This document shows, one piece after another, positions 1 through 9,419 of a stretch of 64,000 nt of DNA. The DNA lies in NCBI GenBank assembly GCA_964474435.1, contig CAYYSI010000001.1:190647-254646 (forward strand). Direction: 5' to 3'. Each line of letters starts with the position of its first letter. The stretch's first letter is position 1. This DNA is from an uncultured Candidatus Saccharibacteria bacterium. GTDB lineage: Bacteria > Patescibacteriota > Minisyncoccia > Phycocordibacterales > UBA9973. The translations under genes and the position numbers were made by a program. Under the pieces are notes generated by a model, which did not search any database, had not been told where the DNA came from, and saw nothing but the letters and a program-made list of their open reading frames with translations.

Positions 1-235
1 ATTCAGAGGAGCGATACCAGCAAAATATACTCTTAAATATTAAAACTGCCCTTGAAATGATAGGGGAGACAGATTTGCCACAAACATTTGCTGAGTGTGC
101 AGAAGCAGTCAAGCGACTGGAGGGCAAAATCATTATGCGTGAAGTTGCAGAAGAATTTCATACACTCTATTTAAAAAATAAGAACAAATAAAAAAGCGGA
201 ACAATTGTTCCGCTTTAACCGTACTAAAGAACTAT

Positions 236-1552
236 TTATACCTTACACTCCATTTCATAACTTAGATCATAACCAGCTGCCTTTTTATATCTTGCGATGG
301 CACCAGAGTCCCCAGTTGCTTTCAAAACATTATCAGAAAGCTTCACACAGGGAAGATCGTTTACAGTATACGGCTTACATACAATTGAGAGCTGTTTGAG
401 CCCCATATCATTAGTAAGGTTTGTTCCGAGACCATGACTGATAATGCCTTGTCCTAAGAATTTTGAACTTATTTCGATCATTGGGTCAACATCCATCCCG
501 TCGCTTGGAATAAATAACCGATCTCTGAAATCAACATTAGCCTTTACATACCGTTCCTGTTGAAGCAAAATTGCTTTTATAGGATCCATAGAATCAATAC
601 GGAAACCTTTTAGGTCTCGAACTGTTTCATCAGAATATGCTTTTAGACAAAACTCAGTACCAAATGTATCAGGCAATGAGATATTCAATCCATACCCATA
701 TTGAGCAAGCCATTCTTTTTGAATAAATTCCTGGATTGCCGCAAGGTTCATATCGCTGTTTTGCAACAATAGCGCAGATGCAGCCATGCTGATTTCGTGC
801 GCACAGGTGCCGATTGGCATCAGAGCGTATTTCATCGCAAGGCTAGTTGAAGAAGTACCCTTAAATTGATTTGGAAGTTCTTCAGCAACCCTGGCAACTA
901 CATATTCGTGCCATGCCGGACTGAAACTTCTTCTGTTTCCAAAGTCAGAAAACTGAACATAGGGATGCGCTTTGAGTTTAGTAACTCGTGCAAGAAGACG
1001 TTTTATACCTTCAGCATATACTGCTTCGCGTTCCAACCTGCTCATCTTTGATAAGATCGAACGGTAATAAAGCACATTAATAATCTTGAGCATAGAAATT
1101 TCTCCATGAGTTGAATTATTCCAACCTCCTTCTTTACCCCACCTAATGTCCAGTTGATGATCATCGGTTTTAGAGAAATGTACAGCCGGTAATTTAAAAT
1201 TACGAAGATGTTGCAAATAGGGGTCACTAAACATTCGGCGCTCTCCATACTCAAACGTTCCTGCTAAGTAGTGATGTTCACTACCATCAAGTTGTATTTG
1301 CTGCAATAAATCGATTTGGTCACCAAATGCTTTTTCTGTGATATGGTCACCAAGTGGTACGCTGAGCGTACGGTTCTTGAAATGCCATTCTACATTGGCA
1401 GATTTATACAAGTTATGGTCAAAAATAAATTGTCCCATTGAAAACTTATAAAAATCATCATCTAGTAAAGAAGAAACAATTGGTCCCTCCATAGTTTCTT
1501 CATCGATGCGACGAAGATCCATATTACTACCATTTCTTTTATTGTTTTTCAT
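236..1552 (-). CDS. pncB: Nicotinate phosphoribosyltransferase (NAPRTase family)
   Basis: N-terminal LLDDDFYKFSMGQ signature and overall NAPRTase-like sequence. AGGAGG Shine-Dalgarno 8 nt upstream of the ATG at 1552. Overlaps and is co-oriented with the upstream nicotinamidase gene. The full ORF extends to 1585. Confidence 0.8.
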   Translation of the reverse strand: MKNNKRNGSNMDLRRIDEETMEGPIVSSLLDDDFYKFSMGQFIFDHNLYKSANVEWHFKNRTLSVPLGDHITEKAFGDQIDLLQQIQLDGSEHHYLAGTFEYGERRMFSDPYLQHLRNFKLPAVHFSKTDDHQLDIRWGKEGGWNNSTHGEISMLKIINVLYYRSILSKMSRLEREAVYAEGIKRLLARVTKLKAHPYVQFSDFGNRRSFSPAWHEYVVARVAEELPNQFKGTSSTSLAMKYALMPIGTCAHEISMAASALLLQNSDMNLAAIQEFIQKEWLAQYGYGLNISLPDTFGTEFCLKAYSDETVRDLKGFRIDSMDPIKAILLQQERYVKANVDFRDRLFIPSDGMDVDPMIEISSKFLGQGIISHGLGTNLTNDMGLKQLSIVCKPYTVNDLPCVKLSDNVLKATGDSGAIARYKKAAGYDLSYEMECKV

Positions 1553-2129
1553 TGCATACCTCCTGTGTTTTTGTGACATGGGCATGGGCAGCTCTCATCA
1601 AGAGCTCTGCTTCAAAGCCATCTGTCGGGTGAATGTTTACAGCTCGCACAGCATCATTCAAAAGAACGGTGTCGTAGCCAAATTTCTGTGAATCAAGGAC
1701 ACACGCCTTTACGCAGTAGTCTTTTGCAAGACCAGCTACATAGAGGGTGGTGATACCATGTTCTTTGAGAACAGCATCGAGCGGTCTTCCTTTAATATCA
1801 ACCCCTTCGAAAGGGGAGTAACCGTCGTCTACAGTACTCATACCTTTCGATATGAGTACATAGTGCTCCGGCATCTTGATATCAGGATGGAACTTAGCTC
1901 CATTAGTATTTTTAACACAATGTGTTTCCCATGTACCACCATCCTTTTTAAAGTGTTTGGTTTTCCTAGGATGCCAATCACGAGTGAAAATGATCAGCCA
2001 GTCTAGCTTGACCGCATGTGCGATCAGCAGGTTAATGTAGGGAATGATCTCATCTCCAAATGGAACACCAAGTGCTCCGCCAGGAAAGAAATCGTTCTGT
2101 CCATCGACGATTATCAAAGCTTTTTTCAT
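1539..2129 (-). CDS. pncA: Nicotinamidase/pyrazinamidase (isochorismatase family)
   Basis: IVDGQNDF motif at the N-terminus and a conserved Cys in the YVAGLAKDYCV segment. 196 aa. NrtR-like operator in its promoter. Confidence 0.8.
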   Translation of the reverse strand: MKKALIIVDGQNDFFPGGALGVPFGDEIIPYINLLIAHAVKLDWLIIFTRDWHPRKTKHFKKDGGTWETHCVKNTNGAKFHPDIKMPEHYVLISKGMSTVDDGYSPFEGVDIKGRPLDAVLKEHGITTLYVAGLAKDYCVKACVLDSQKFGYDTVLLNDAVRAVNIHPTDGFEAELLMRAAHAHVTKTQEVCNEKQ

Positions 2130-2162
2130 GCGTTATGATTTTATGTAAGTTGTGAATGTAAA

Positions 2163-2183
2163 TTAGTGTATTTATTACACTAT
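2163..2183. promoter_or_regulatory. Putative NrtR operator (TTAGTGT-N7-ACACTAT palindrome) upstream of pncA-pncB
   Basis: Palindrome with a GT-N7-AC core, 34-54 nt upstream of the pncA start. Near-identical copies occur at 6600-6620 and 9364-9384. Confidence 0.6.
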
Positions 2184-2288
2184 ATACCTATTTTTACTAT
2201 ATAGGTACTTTGTCTTCACTATAACATATTATTTAGTATAAGTCAATAAATAAAAGGAGTACTTGTGTACTCCTTTTCATAAGAATAA

Positions 2289-4037
2289 TTATGGCTTCAT
2301 GGTCATAGACCATACCTTGTTTTGATAGGTCACTATGACTTTATTTTGCCAATTTGAAAGAACAAAAGCGCTTTTTACTTGAGGATCAAGAACCTCGCGA
2401 ACTTGGCCATTCGTTGGTACAGCAATCATTAGTTTGCCATCATCTATAATGCTTGCACGGACACCTTTCGGTAGAAGTGCGACATTTAATTCAGGTGTAT
2501 CAACTTCTCTTATATCTACTTGATAATCAGTATAGGAACTATTGAAAGTGTATTGATATGCACTATACCTTCCTGACTTTGGATCAAGTGCGGTAACAAT
2601 GATATGTCTGAAACCGGCTACTGCATCAACTACTTTTTGGTCCTTTAGTGAAGGAGCGCTGATATAGGTACATGCATTTGTACCAAATGGTACTACCAGA
2701 TGAACGGCACCGAGCGACTGCTGGATACCAAGTCCTCGATACCACGTCGTTGCATTTCCGAGTACTTGCCAGGTATTCACCGTAACGAGTATTGGTTTCC
2801 CAAAATCTTTTACTGTTATTTCCGTTAATCCTGCATCAGTAACTACAAAGAGTCTGTCCTGAAATCTGAGCAATGATTTTCCTTTAAGATGCGACTGCAG
2901 CTCTGTGATTCCTCCATGCCCCACAAGAAGTGTGAATCGAATATTTTCTCCAGGCACTAATTCAGCAAGTAGATACCCCGATTCAACAGGAATTACTTCA
3001 GCTGTATACTCAATGCATGTTTTCCATATCATCCCAGTTGCGACATGTCGAAGTGTTCCTGATGCAAGCCTCATGACACCGCTCGGGTATATAGTAATGG
3101 CTTCATCAGTGATTCCGTCATAGAGTAGTGAGAACACAATACTACCAGCACCAGAGGTAAATAGTACAGGTGCGTGCTTAATAGCCTGCATTTTCTTTTG
3201 CTGAAGCGGAGATGGCGGCATAGAGCGTTCTCCGTTCTGAAACACCGCCTCATACCATTCCAAAAGATTTGGAGGAATGCATGAGAAATCTCTCACCGCA
3301 CTGTTGAGACGTACACCTGTGGTAAAAACAGATTTATTGTCCTTCATTCGTTTTTCCATATCATTCCCGGTATATCCGCTAAGCATACCTTTATATGGAT
3401 GAATGCCGGTAAATACTTGAAATGAGACGATACCGAATGAAAACCAATCCGTCTCTCGGGTAAACCCATGTGTGTGCCAATCCCGAATGGAAGGCATAAT
3501 AACTGACGCCTTCCATTTCCCGATAGCCCATGAGTCAACATCAATGATACGAGGCTCAGGAATCTTGTTTGATCGATTGACGAGCCAGTTGAATTCATTT
3601 GCATCAACAACAATCGCGTTATGCTGATGGGCTGCCTCAATTGTAGTTCGCATACCATCGACAAGTGCAATTGCGTCTTTGTCTTTAAAGTTCTCTCTCT
3701 GACGATACGTACTCGTAAATACTCTTGCCAACGGTTCTGCGTCAACAAAATCCATATAATACCCAATAGGTTTTTTCCCTTGAAGTACTACTCCTTTAGG
3801 CGAAACAATAAACGGATGCTTGATACGAGAGAGGAGTTGTATCTTATCTTGCATATCGAGCGTACTCATTTTATAAGGATCGCTATAGAGTTTCACAATG
3901 GTCTTGCTTGAAGGTTTATAGATAGAGCCTTCACCACCAGTTGCGATATGATGCGATGGGTGAAGTGCGATATCTCCTCGACCAACAAGTGTAACGATTG
4001 TTTCTTTTTTGAGTATTCCTTGTTGTGTTGTTATCAT
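2289..4037 (-). CDS. Ser/Thr protein kinase with a ~300-aa C-terminal extension (kinase component of a TerY-P-like triad)
   Basis: Gly-rich loop GGEGSIY, catalytic loop HNAIVVDANEFNWLV, a DVDSW (DFG-like) segment, and an activation segment ending FSFGIVSFQVFTGIHPY. The start overlaps the PP2C stop (ATGA). Confidence 0.75.
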   Translation of the reverse strand: MITTQQGILKKETIVTLVGRGDIALHPSHHIATGGEGSIYKPSSKTIVKLYSDPYKMSTLDMQDKIQLLSRIKHPFIVSPKGVVLQGKKPIGYYMDFVDAEPLARVFTSTYRQRENFKDKDAIALVDGMRTTIEAAHQHNAIVVDANEFNWLVNRSNKIPEPRIIDVDSWAIGKWKASVIMPSIRDWHTHGFTRETDWFSFGIVSFQVFTGIHPYKGMLSGYTGNDMEKRMKDNKSVFTTGVRLNSAVRDFSCIPPNLLEWYEAVFQNGERSMPPSPLQQKKMQAIKHAPVLFTSGAGSIVFSLLYDGITDEAITIYPSGVMRLASGTLRHVATGMIWKTCIEYTAEVIPVESGYLLAELVPGENIRFTLLVGHGGITELQSHLKGKSLLRFQDRLFVVTDAGLTEITVKDFGKPILVTVNTWQVLGNATTWYRGLGIQQSLGAVHLVVPFGTNACTYISAPSLKDQKVVDAVAGFRHIIVTALDPKSGRYSAYQYTFNSSYTDYQVDIREVDTPELNVALLPKGVRASIIDDGKLMIAVPTNGQVREVLDPQVKSAFVLSNWQNKVIVTYQNKVWSMTMKP

Positions 4038-4903
4038 GATACTTCATGTTGTGCATCTATATGTATTGCTGCTACAGAAAAATCATCAGAAGGAAATATT
4101 TCTTCCTTTGAAAATACGTGTAGCATTCTACTGAGACGCCTTTTTACAAATTCTCCCTGCCACTGTTTGATCGAGGTAAGTTCTTGTATGATCGTACCTG
4201 GTTCAATAAGTGCAGCGTGAGCTTTAAAATTTTCAACCCCATCAGAGCAAAGAATAATACTTTTCAATCCCAGTAATTCTTCTTGAGAGAATGTAATACT
4301 GTATCCCTGTACCATTTCTTTGGCTGGATATGTAGATTCTTCAATCTGTAGATCTTGTCCAGCATGAGTCGTGGTTTTGATGACCACAAAGCTTTCAGGA
4401 TCATCACTTGCGTGTCGAGATAGGAATCCATCCAATACCTTTCCGCTATAGGAAATATACAAGGGCATATTTTGCTTCCATATGAAGCGATACGTTACTA
4501 TCTTTCCATCTGTATAGATCAATGTGACGCACCCATCTCCAAATACATGAACGAAACCACGATCTGGTGTCGTAACTGCATACAGCAGTGTTGCTTGTAA
4601 ATCATGAAGCATGAGTCCCATACTGCTCATAATGGCAGTACTGGTAGATCTAATTTTTTTCGATATGATCTCTGGTGAATTATCACTCTCTGGGTTTGAT
4701 AAACACTCCTTAAGCACCATAATTGCTGCATAATTGAGTATTCTCGCACCAGTATCTGTTTCTCCTCCAGTAGAGCATCCATCTGAAAGTGATATGTATG
4801 CAGATGTCCCAGACATGCCCGATAAGGCATGATCCTGACATGGCATATTTTGACGAATGTGCAGTCCGCCAATGACGAAATGCGAATCTCCATTGAATTT
4901 CAT
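4034..4903 (-). CDS. PP2C-family protein Ser/Thr phosphatase (TerY-P triad phosphatase)
   Basis: PP2C motifs (MPCQDHA, FGDGCVTL, LCSDGV). The start is trimmed to the ATG at 4903 because the full ORF (to 5104) would run through the hairpin and the upstream vWA gene. Confidence 0.7.
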   Translation of the reverse strand: MKFNGDSHFVIGGLHIRQNMPCQDHALSGMSGTSAYISLSDGCSTGGETDTGARILNYAAIMVLKECLSNPESDNSPEIISKKIRSTSTAIMSSMGLMLHDLQATLLYAVTTPDRGFVHVFGDGCVTLIYTDGKIVTYRFIWKQNMPLYISYSGKVLDGFLSRHASDDPESFVVIKTTTHAGQDLQIEESTYPAKEMVQGYSITFSQEELLGLKSIILCSDGVENFKAHAALIEPGTIIQELTSIKQWQGEFVKRRLSRMLHVFSKEEIFPSDDFSVAAIHIDAQHEVS

Positions 4904-4930
4904 TGTAATGAATTTAGTGGTGAAATAATA

Positions 4931-4956
4931 AAAGGTGGAGTAATTGCTCCACCTTT
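4931..4956 (-). terminator. Hairpin (10-bp stem AAAGGTGGAG/CTCCACCTTT) between the vWA and PP2C genes; possible terminator or attenuator
   Basis: Perfect inverted repeat followed on the minus strand by a U-rich stretch, immediately after the vWA stop. Confidence 0.5.
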
Positions 4957-4964
4957 GATACTGA

Positions 4965-5711
4965 TCAGATTGTTGTGCTGATGTTTTGTGACGCACCGCC
5001 AGTACCAACCGCTTGCGATTGGGAACTAACTGATTGACTGACGAAATCTGCAAGCTTTGCAAGTTTTCGTTCAGATACATCTCCTGCATCAATAAATTGA
5101 TCAAGGCCCGCCTCTATTTGAAAGCTTTGTAATTCAGTAAGGTACTGAGCGGCATTAATACCGATTAGTATACTTACCATAGATTCAAGGAATTCTCCCT
5201 TGATACCTTTTTCAATCTCTTTCTTGATGGCTGATGATTTCATTACTGAAGCATTATCATCTCCATCGGTAATGATAAAGACGATAGCGTTGTTACGAAA
5301 ATCATCATCATAAAGCGTCTTTGAATAGGCATTTGTTGCTCCTATCGCAGAATATGTTGCGTCTACCAGAGGTGTACCTCCACCAGGATTGAAGTTCTCG
5401 TAATCATCAGGATTGATTTCAGCTAATGGCTTGAAGCCATGCAATTCTTTAATACCTCCTTGTAGGGAGCTAGAAAAGAGAATGACGCGGATCAGAAGAT
5501 TGTCTGAGCGAGGTGATTTTTTGCAAGAATTTACTGCAGTAATCAGACACTGGCGCAGTTGATCTTCGAATCCATCAACAGATCCAGTGATATCAACGGC
5601 AATTGTAACGAGTGTATACTCTGAAGCACCAAGATGCTCAGTGCGTATAGCGGAGAAGGTGAAGTTTCCACCAGGAATCTTACCATCTTCCATTTGATCT
5701 AAACGTGGCAT
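4965..5711 (-). CDS. von Willebrand factor A domain protein, TerY-like
   Basis: MIDAS motif DITGS, plus GGGTP and ITDGDDN segments. ~248 aa. First gene of the vWA-PP2C-kinase order typical of TerY-P triads. Confidence 0.75.
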   Translation of the reverse strand: MPRLDQMEDGKIPGGNFTFSAIRTEHLGASEYTLVTIAVDITGSVDGFEDQLRQCLITAVNSCKKSPRSDNLLIRVILFSSSLQGGIKELHGFKPLAEINPDDYENFNPGGGTPLVDATYSAIGATNAYSKTLYDDDFRNNAIVFIITDGDDNASVMKSSAIKKEIEKGIKGEFLESMVSILIGINAAQYLTELQSFQIEAGLDQFIDAGDVSERKLAKLADFVSQSVSSQSQAVGTGGASQNISTTI

Positions 5712-5724
5712 AAGTGTAAGTTTT

Positions 5725-6570
5725 TTAGTTGAAGAATGTTGTTGATGTTGTTAGCTGAACTCCTTTTTTCTGGATATCTTTTATCCAGGCTGCAGTAAGA
5801 GCAGGGAAGTCAATGACATTTGGAATAGCAGCGATAGAGCTTGAGCAATCAGTCATGATGTGAATCTTGCTCAAATGTTGTGTGCCGATGTTATCAATAA
5901 TTTGATTTACTGTTTCCATCACGCAGTGGCTCAATGCCTCTCCAGCAACCAATACCACATCGGCTTTTTCCAATGTTTCAAGGAGCTTAGTATTTAGTAG
6001 AGTGGTTGGATCAGTTGGATCTTCTACTTCTGCCATAAGGCCACCATAGTGCTCTGTGTAAGGATTAGTACCCTTGGTCACAACATCGAGCATTGCATAT
6101 TCGTTCCGCTGCCAATCAAGAAGGGCCTTCATAAGGTCTGCCTGTATTGCATGTCCAGGTGTTCCAATAATACAATGTTCAGTCCAAACTGTGTGACGTT
6201 TCTTTTTATTCTGTTCCAACGTGCGCAAGTACTGAAGAGAACGTGTACGAACCCCTGGGTCTCTCGTAGTCCAGATACCCGCTTCAACATCGTCAGCAAT
6301 GATTTGTGTGAAGGGTGGGGGAGGATTACCTTTTGCATCCTTCCACCACATCGGGTGCGAAATATCGATGACCTGATGTGAGTCCATGGTCACATGGATG
6401 TCTTCCAATTTTTCACCATTACCGGCAATAAATGCTGCGAGTCGCTGCATATCGGCCGTGGCGCCAGGGACGGGAAGTGCCGGAATAAACCCTACAATAC
6501 CGTCTACGCGATCCATGAAATCATTCTGAGGATCGATGATAACTAAGTGGATTTTTTGTGTTGTTTTCAT
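5725..6570 (-). CDS. Isochorismatase-family cysteine hydrolase (second nicotinamidase-like enzyme, 281 aa)
   Basis: IIDPQNDF motif and a conserved Cys in VLVAGEALSHCV. Directly downstream of an NrtR-like operator, with only a 13-nt gap before the vWA gene. Confidence 0.7.
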   Translation of the reverse strand: MKTTQKIHLVIIDPQNDFMDRVDGIVGFIPALPVPGATADMQRLAAFIAGNGEKLEDIHVTMDSHQVIDISHPMWWKDAKGNPPPPFTQIIADDVEAGIWTTRDPGVRTRSLQYLRTLEQNKKKRHTVWTEHCIIGTPGHAIQADLMKALLDWQRNEYAMLDVVTKGTNPYTEHYGGLMAEVEDPTDPTTLLNTKLLETLEKADVVLVAGEALSHCVMETVNQIIDNIGTQHLSKIHIMTDCSSSIAAIPNVIDFPALTAAWIKDIQKKGVQLTTSTTFFN

Positions 6571-6599
6571 CTTTTTGTTTTTTATTGTTAAGGAATTAA

Positions 6600-6620
6600 T
6601 TAGTGTTCTTTTTACACTAT
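6600..6620. promoter_or_regulatory. Putative NrtR operator (TTAGTGT-N7-ACACTAT) upstream of the isochorismatase-vWA operon
   Basis: Same palindrome as at 2163 and 9364. A second half-site-like TTAGTGT follows at 6625-6631. Confidence 0.6.
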
Positions 6621-6697
6621 ATACTTAGTGTAAAAAATACGCAAAGTAGTTATGCGTTAGAATACACAATTAGTATGTTGTCAAATAATCCTTATTT

Positions 6698-7411
6698 TTA
6701 GAGAAACTGCCTTGTATCAACAAGAGCTGTTTTCTTGAACTCGTAGAGAATAGCGGGACGCTGCTTTTTGCCTGTAAGTTTTTTCTTGGTTGCCTTTATG
6801 ATATCGAGCTGATCAATCAATTTTCGAAAGTTCCGTTTATCCATAGATTGCTGGAGAATAATCTCATAGGTTTGTTGAAGCATACTAAAGGTAAAATATT
6901 TCGGCATTGCCGCAAATGCAACATTGGTATATTTTAATTTTGACTGCACACGCTTGTACGCATACTTGATAATATCCTTGTGATCAAATGCAACCTTTGC
7001 AGGTAATTCATGTACATCAAAGAGTGTTGGCTGTTGTCCGTGAATAAGGTCAATATGCTTGTACACCTCTTCAGAGATAAGTGCAAAATAGGTAACAGAG
7101 AACACAACATCACGTGGATCTCGGCCTGGTGTATCAAATGTATACAATTGCTCAATATACAGCGGATCACTTAATCCGACTTTTTCTTTGAGTACTCGAA
7201 CAGCGGTGTCTTTAGTTGATTCTTCCTTTCGAGGAAATGCTCCCGGAAGCGCCCATAGACCCCTAAACGGTTCTCCATCACGGTTAATGAGAAGTACCTT
7301 AAGCTTGTCCTCATGAACCATAAAAAGGACTACGTCTACTGAAACGTATGGGTTGAGGAAGTTTGTATTTGAACGGTCGATATTATTTGTTTTCATAGGT
7401 ATCAAGAGCAT
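6698..7411 (-). CDS. nrtR: NrtR, Nudix-related transcriptional regulator of NAD metabolism
   Basis: N-terminal Nudix-like fold and a C-terminal winged-helix signature FTFSMLQQTYEIIL...DKRNFRK. Overlaps the end of nadE, so both are likely in one operon. Confidence 0.75.
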   Translation of the reverse strand: MLLIPMKTNNIDRSNTNFLNPYVSVDVVLFMVHEDKLKVLLINRDGEPFRGLWALPGAFPRKEESTKDTAVRVLKEKVGLSDPLYIEQLYTFDTPGRDPRDVVFSVTYFALISEEVYKHIDLIHGQQPTLFDVHELPAKVAFDHKDIIKYAYKRVQSKLKYTNVAFAAMPKYFTFSMLQQTYEIILQQSMDKRNFRKLIDQLDIIKATKKKLTGKKQRPAILYEFKKTALVDTRQFL

Positions 7412-9353
7412 TCATCCATAATGTCATTTCTGCGTCTGATGGCATTCTCCAGTCTGCACGAGGGGAGAGCGATACAGATCCAACCTTTGGCCCATCCGGC
7501 ATAATAGAACGCTTCCATTGCATCATAAAGAATCGCTTCATGAATACCTTGAGCCATTTCATTATCTCAGAGCCATCGTATTTACCTTCAAAGGCAAGTA
7601 CTGCTAGTTCATAGATTTTGACCGGATGACTTGCCCAGCGAATAAAATGATAGAGAAAGAAATCATGCAGTTCATATGGTCCTACCAATTCTTCTGTTTT
7701 TTGAGCAATCTGCCCGTCTTTTGTTGCAGTGAGCTCAGGTGAGATTGGTGTATCTAAAATAGACTGAATAACATCTTGAACAGTGGTGTCATAGTGTTTC
7801 TTTGCCATCCACGCAACAACATGCTGCACAAGCGTTTTTGGAACACCTGCATTTACATTATAGGGAGCAGTATGATCTCCGGTAAACGTATTCCATCCAA
7901 GCGCAATCTCAGAGAGATCTCCGGTACCCATAACAAATCCTTTTAATTCATTTGCCTTATCCATAAGAATCATCGTTCGGTAGCGCGCTTGTGCATTCTC
8001 ATACGTGTTATTTTCTGTAACACCATCATGCCCAATATCAGCAAGGTGCTGCGTCACTGCGGGCACAATACTGATCTCCTCAACTGGTAATTTGAATGCC
8101 CCAGCAAGTGTATATGTATTTGATTTTGTGTGATCTGTTGTACCAAACCCAGGCATCGTAATGATATGCATATTGGTAGCAGGAAGAGAAAGCTTTTCCA
8201 ATGCTTTGATACCGACCAATAGCGCAAGTGTTGAATCAAGTCCTCCCGACAGACCAAGTACGAGATGCTGAATTCCTGACTGCTTCATTCGTTTTGTCAG
8301 TCCTGCAACTTGAATATTAAATACCTCCTCAGCAACTTCCTGCTTTAGTGCATCACTTTCTGGAATAAAATTACTCTGTGGAACCTTTCGTTCAAGACCA
8401 GAAACACTCGTAGCTGAAGACCCTGGTAGAGAAATGGTGCGCCATGACTGAGTATTGATTTCTCGAGTTGCATCTCCAAAACTCGTTGTTCGGATACGAT
8501 CAATCATACAGTGGGCAATATCAATATCTGCATACATGATGTATGGATCTTGCTGATATCGTACTGATTCAGCAATCATGCTTCCATTTTCTGCGACTAT
8601 GCAATGCCCTGAAAAAACAGTGTCAGTCGTTGATTCACCTATACCAGAAGAAACGTATACATACGCACTGATAGTTCGAGCACTTTGCTGAAGTACAAGA
8701 TTGCGACGGTAGTGTGCTTTTCCAACAAGTTCGTTTGAGGCAGACAGGTTTACAAGTACAGTCGCACCAGCAACAGCGAGCTTTGAGCTTGGCGGAAGCG
8801 GTGTCCACACGTCTTCACAAATTTCTACACCAAGTACTACTTGTGTATTATCAGAGGATGCAAAAAGGAGGTCAGTTCCAACAGGAATATCATACCCGAA
8901 AAACTTAATTGAGTTGCTGATTAAATCTCGTCCTGACGCAAACCAGCGCTTCTCATAAAATTCTTTGTATTCAGGAAGATTTGTTTTTGGAATAATCCCA
9001 ACAACTTTTCCTTCGGCACATACTGCCGCAACATTAAAAAGCTTTGATTCAATCCGAAGGGGAAGTCCCACAATGCATACACCACCATCGATAGTCGCCT
9101 TAGCAATCAGAGAAAGACCCTTGGAAGCAGCTTCTAATAAAATATCCTGCTGCAATAGATCTCCAAGGGTATACCCGGTAATGCAAAGCTCTGGGAAAGC
9201 AACAATAGACGCACCGTTTTTTCGAGCGTCCCTAAAAAGTGTAATAATCGCATCAGTATTAGCGACACAGTCACCGAGGAGTACTGATGGCACCGCTGTT
9301 GCAATACGAATCATTCCTAGAGAACCGAGATCAATGGTCTTGTGTTTTGTCAT
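7383..9353 (-). CDS. nadE: Glutamine-dependent NAD+ synthetase (CN-hydrolase + NAD synthetase domains)
   Basis: N-terminal nitrilase-like domain, and the PP-loop GLSGGLDS in the synthetase domain. 656 aa. Confidence 0.9.
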   Translation of the reverse strand: MTKHKTIDLGSLGMIRIATAVPSVLLGDCVANTDAIITLFRDARKNGASIVAFPELCITGYTLGDLLQQDILLEAASKGLSLIAKATIDGGVCIVGLPLRIESKLFNVAAVCAEGKVVGIIPKTNLPEYKEFYEKRWFASGRDLISNSIKFFGYDIPVGTDLLFASSDNTQVVLGVEICEDVWTPLPPSSKLAVAGATVLVNLSASNELVGKAHYRRNLVLQQSARTISAYVYVSSGIGESTTDTVFSGHCIVAENGSMIAESVRYQQDPYIMYADIDIAHCMIDRIRTTSFGDATREINTQSWRTISLPGSSATSVSGLERKVPQSNFIPESDALKQEVAEEVFNIQVAGLTKRMKQSGIQHLVLGLSGGLDSTLALLVGIKALEKLSLPATNMHIITMPGFGTTDHTKSNTYTLAGAFKLPVEEISIVPAVTQHLADIGHDGVTENNTYENAQARYRTMILMDKANELKGFVMGTGDLSEIALGWNTFTGDHTAPYNVNAGVPKTLVQHVVAWMAKKHYDTTVQDVIQSILDTPISPELTATKDGQIAQKTEELVGPYELHDFFLYHFIRWASHPVKIYELAVLAFEGKYDGSEIMKWLKVFMKRFFMMQWKRSIMPDGPKVGSVSLSPRADWRMPSDAEMTLWMNALDTYENK

Positions 9354-9363
9354 AGTATTGTTT

Positions 9364-9384
9364 ATAGTGTTAGTCGTACACTAT
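9364..9384. promoter_or_regulatory. Putative NrtR operator (ATAGTGT-N7-ACACTAT) in the divergent nadE / Nudix intergenic region
   Basis: Third copy of the palindrome, 11-31 nt upstream of the nadE start. Implies autoregulation of the nadE-nrtR operon and control of the divergent Nudix gene. Confidence 0.6.
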
Positions 9385-9419
9385 GTAAATTACTACAATC
9401 CCAATTTATTGTCAATACC

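Noticed and set aside
3344-3766. 140-aa ORF (plus others at 2905-3123, 3621-3911, 3948-4220) inside or antisense to the kinase gene
   Set aside because: They lie entirely within the well-supported kinase CDS, in other frames or on the other strand, with no recognisable motifs. Judged shadow ORFs.
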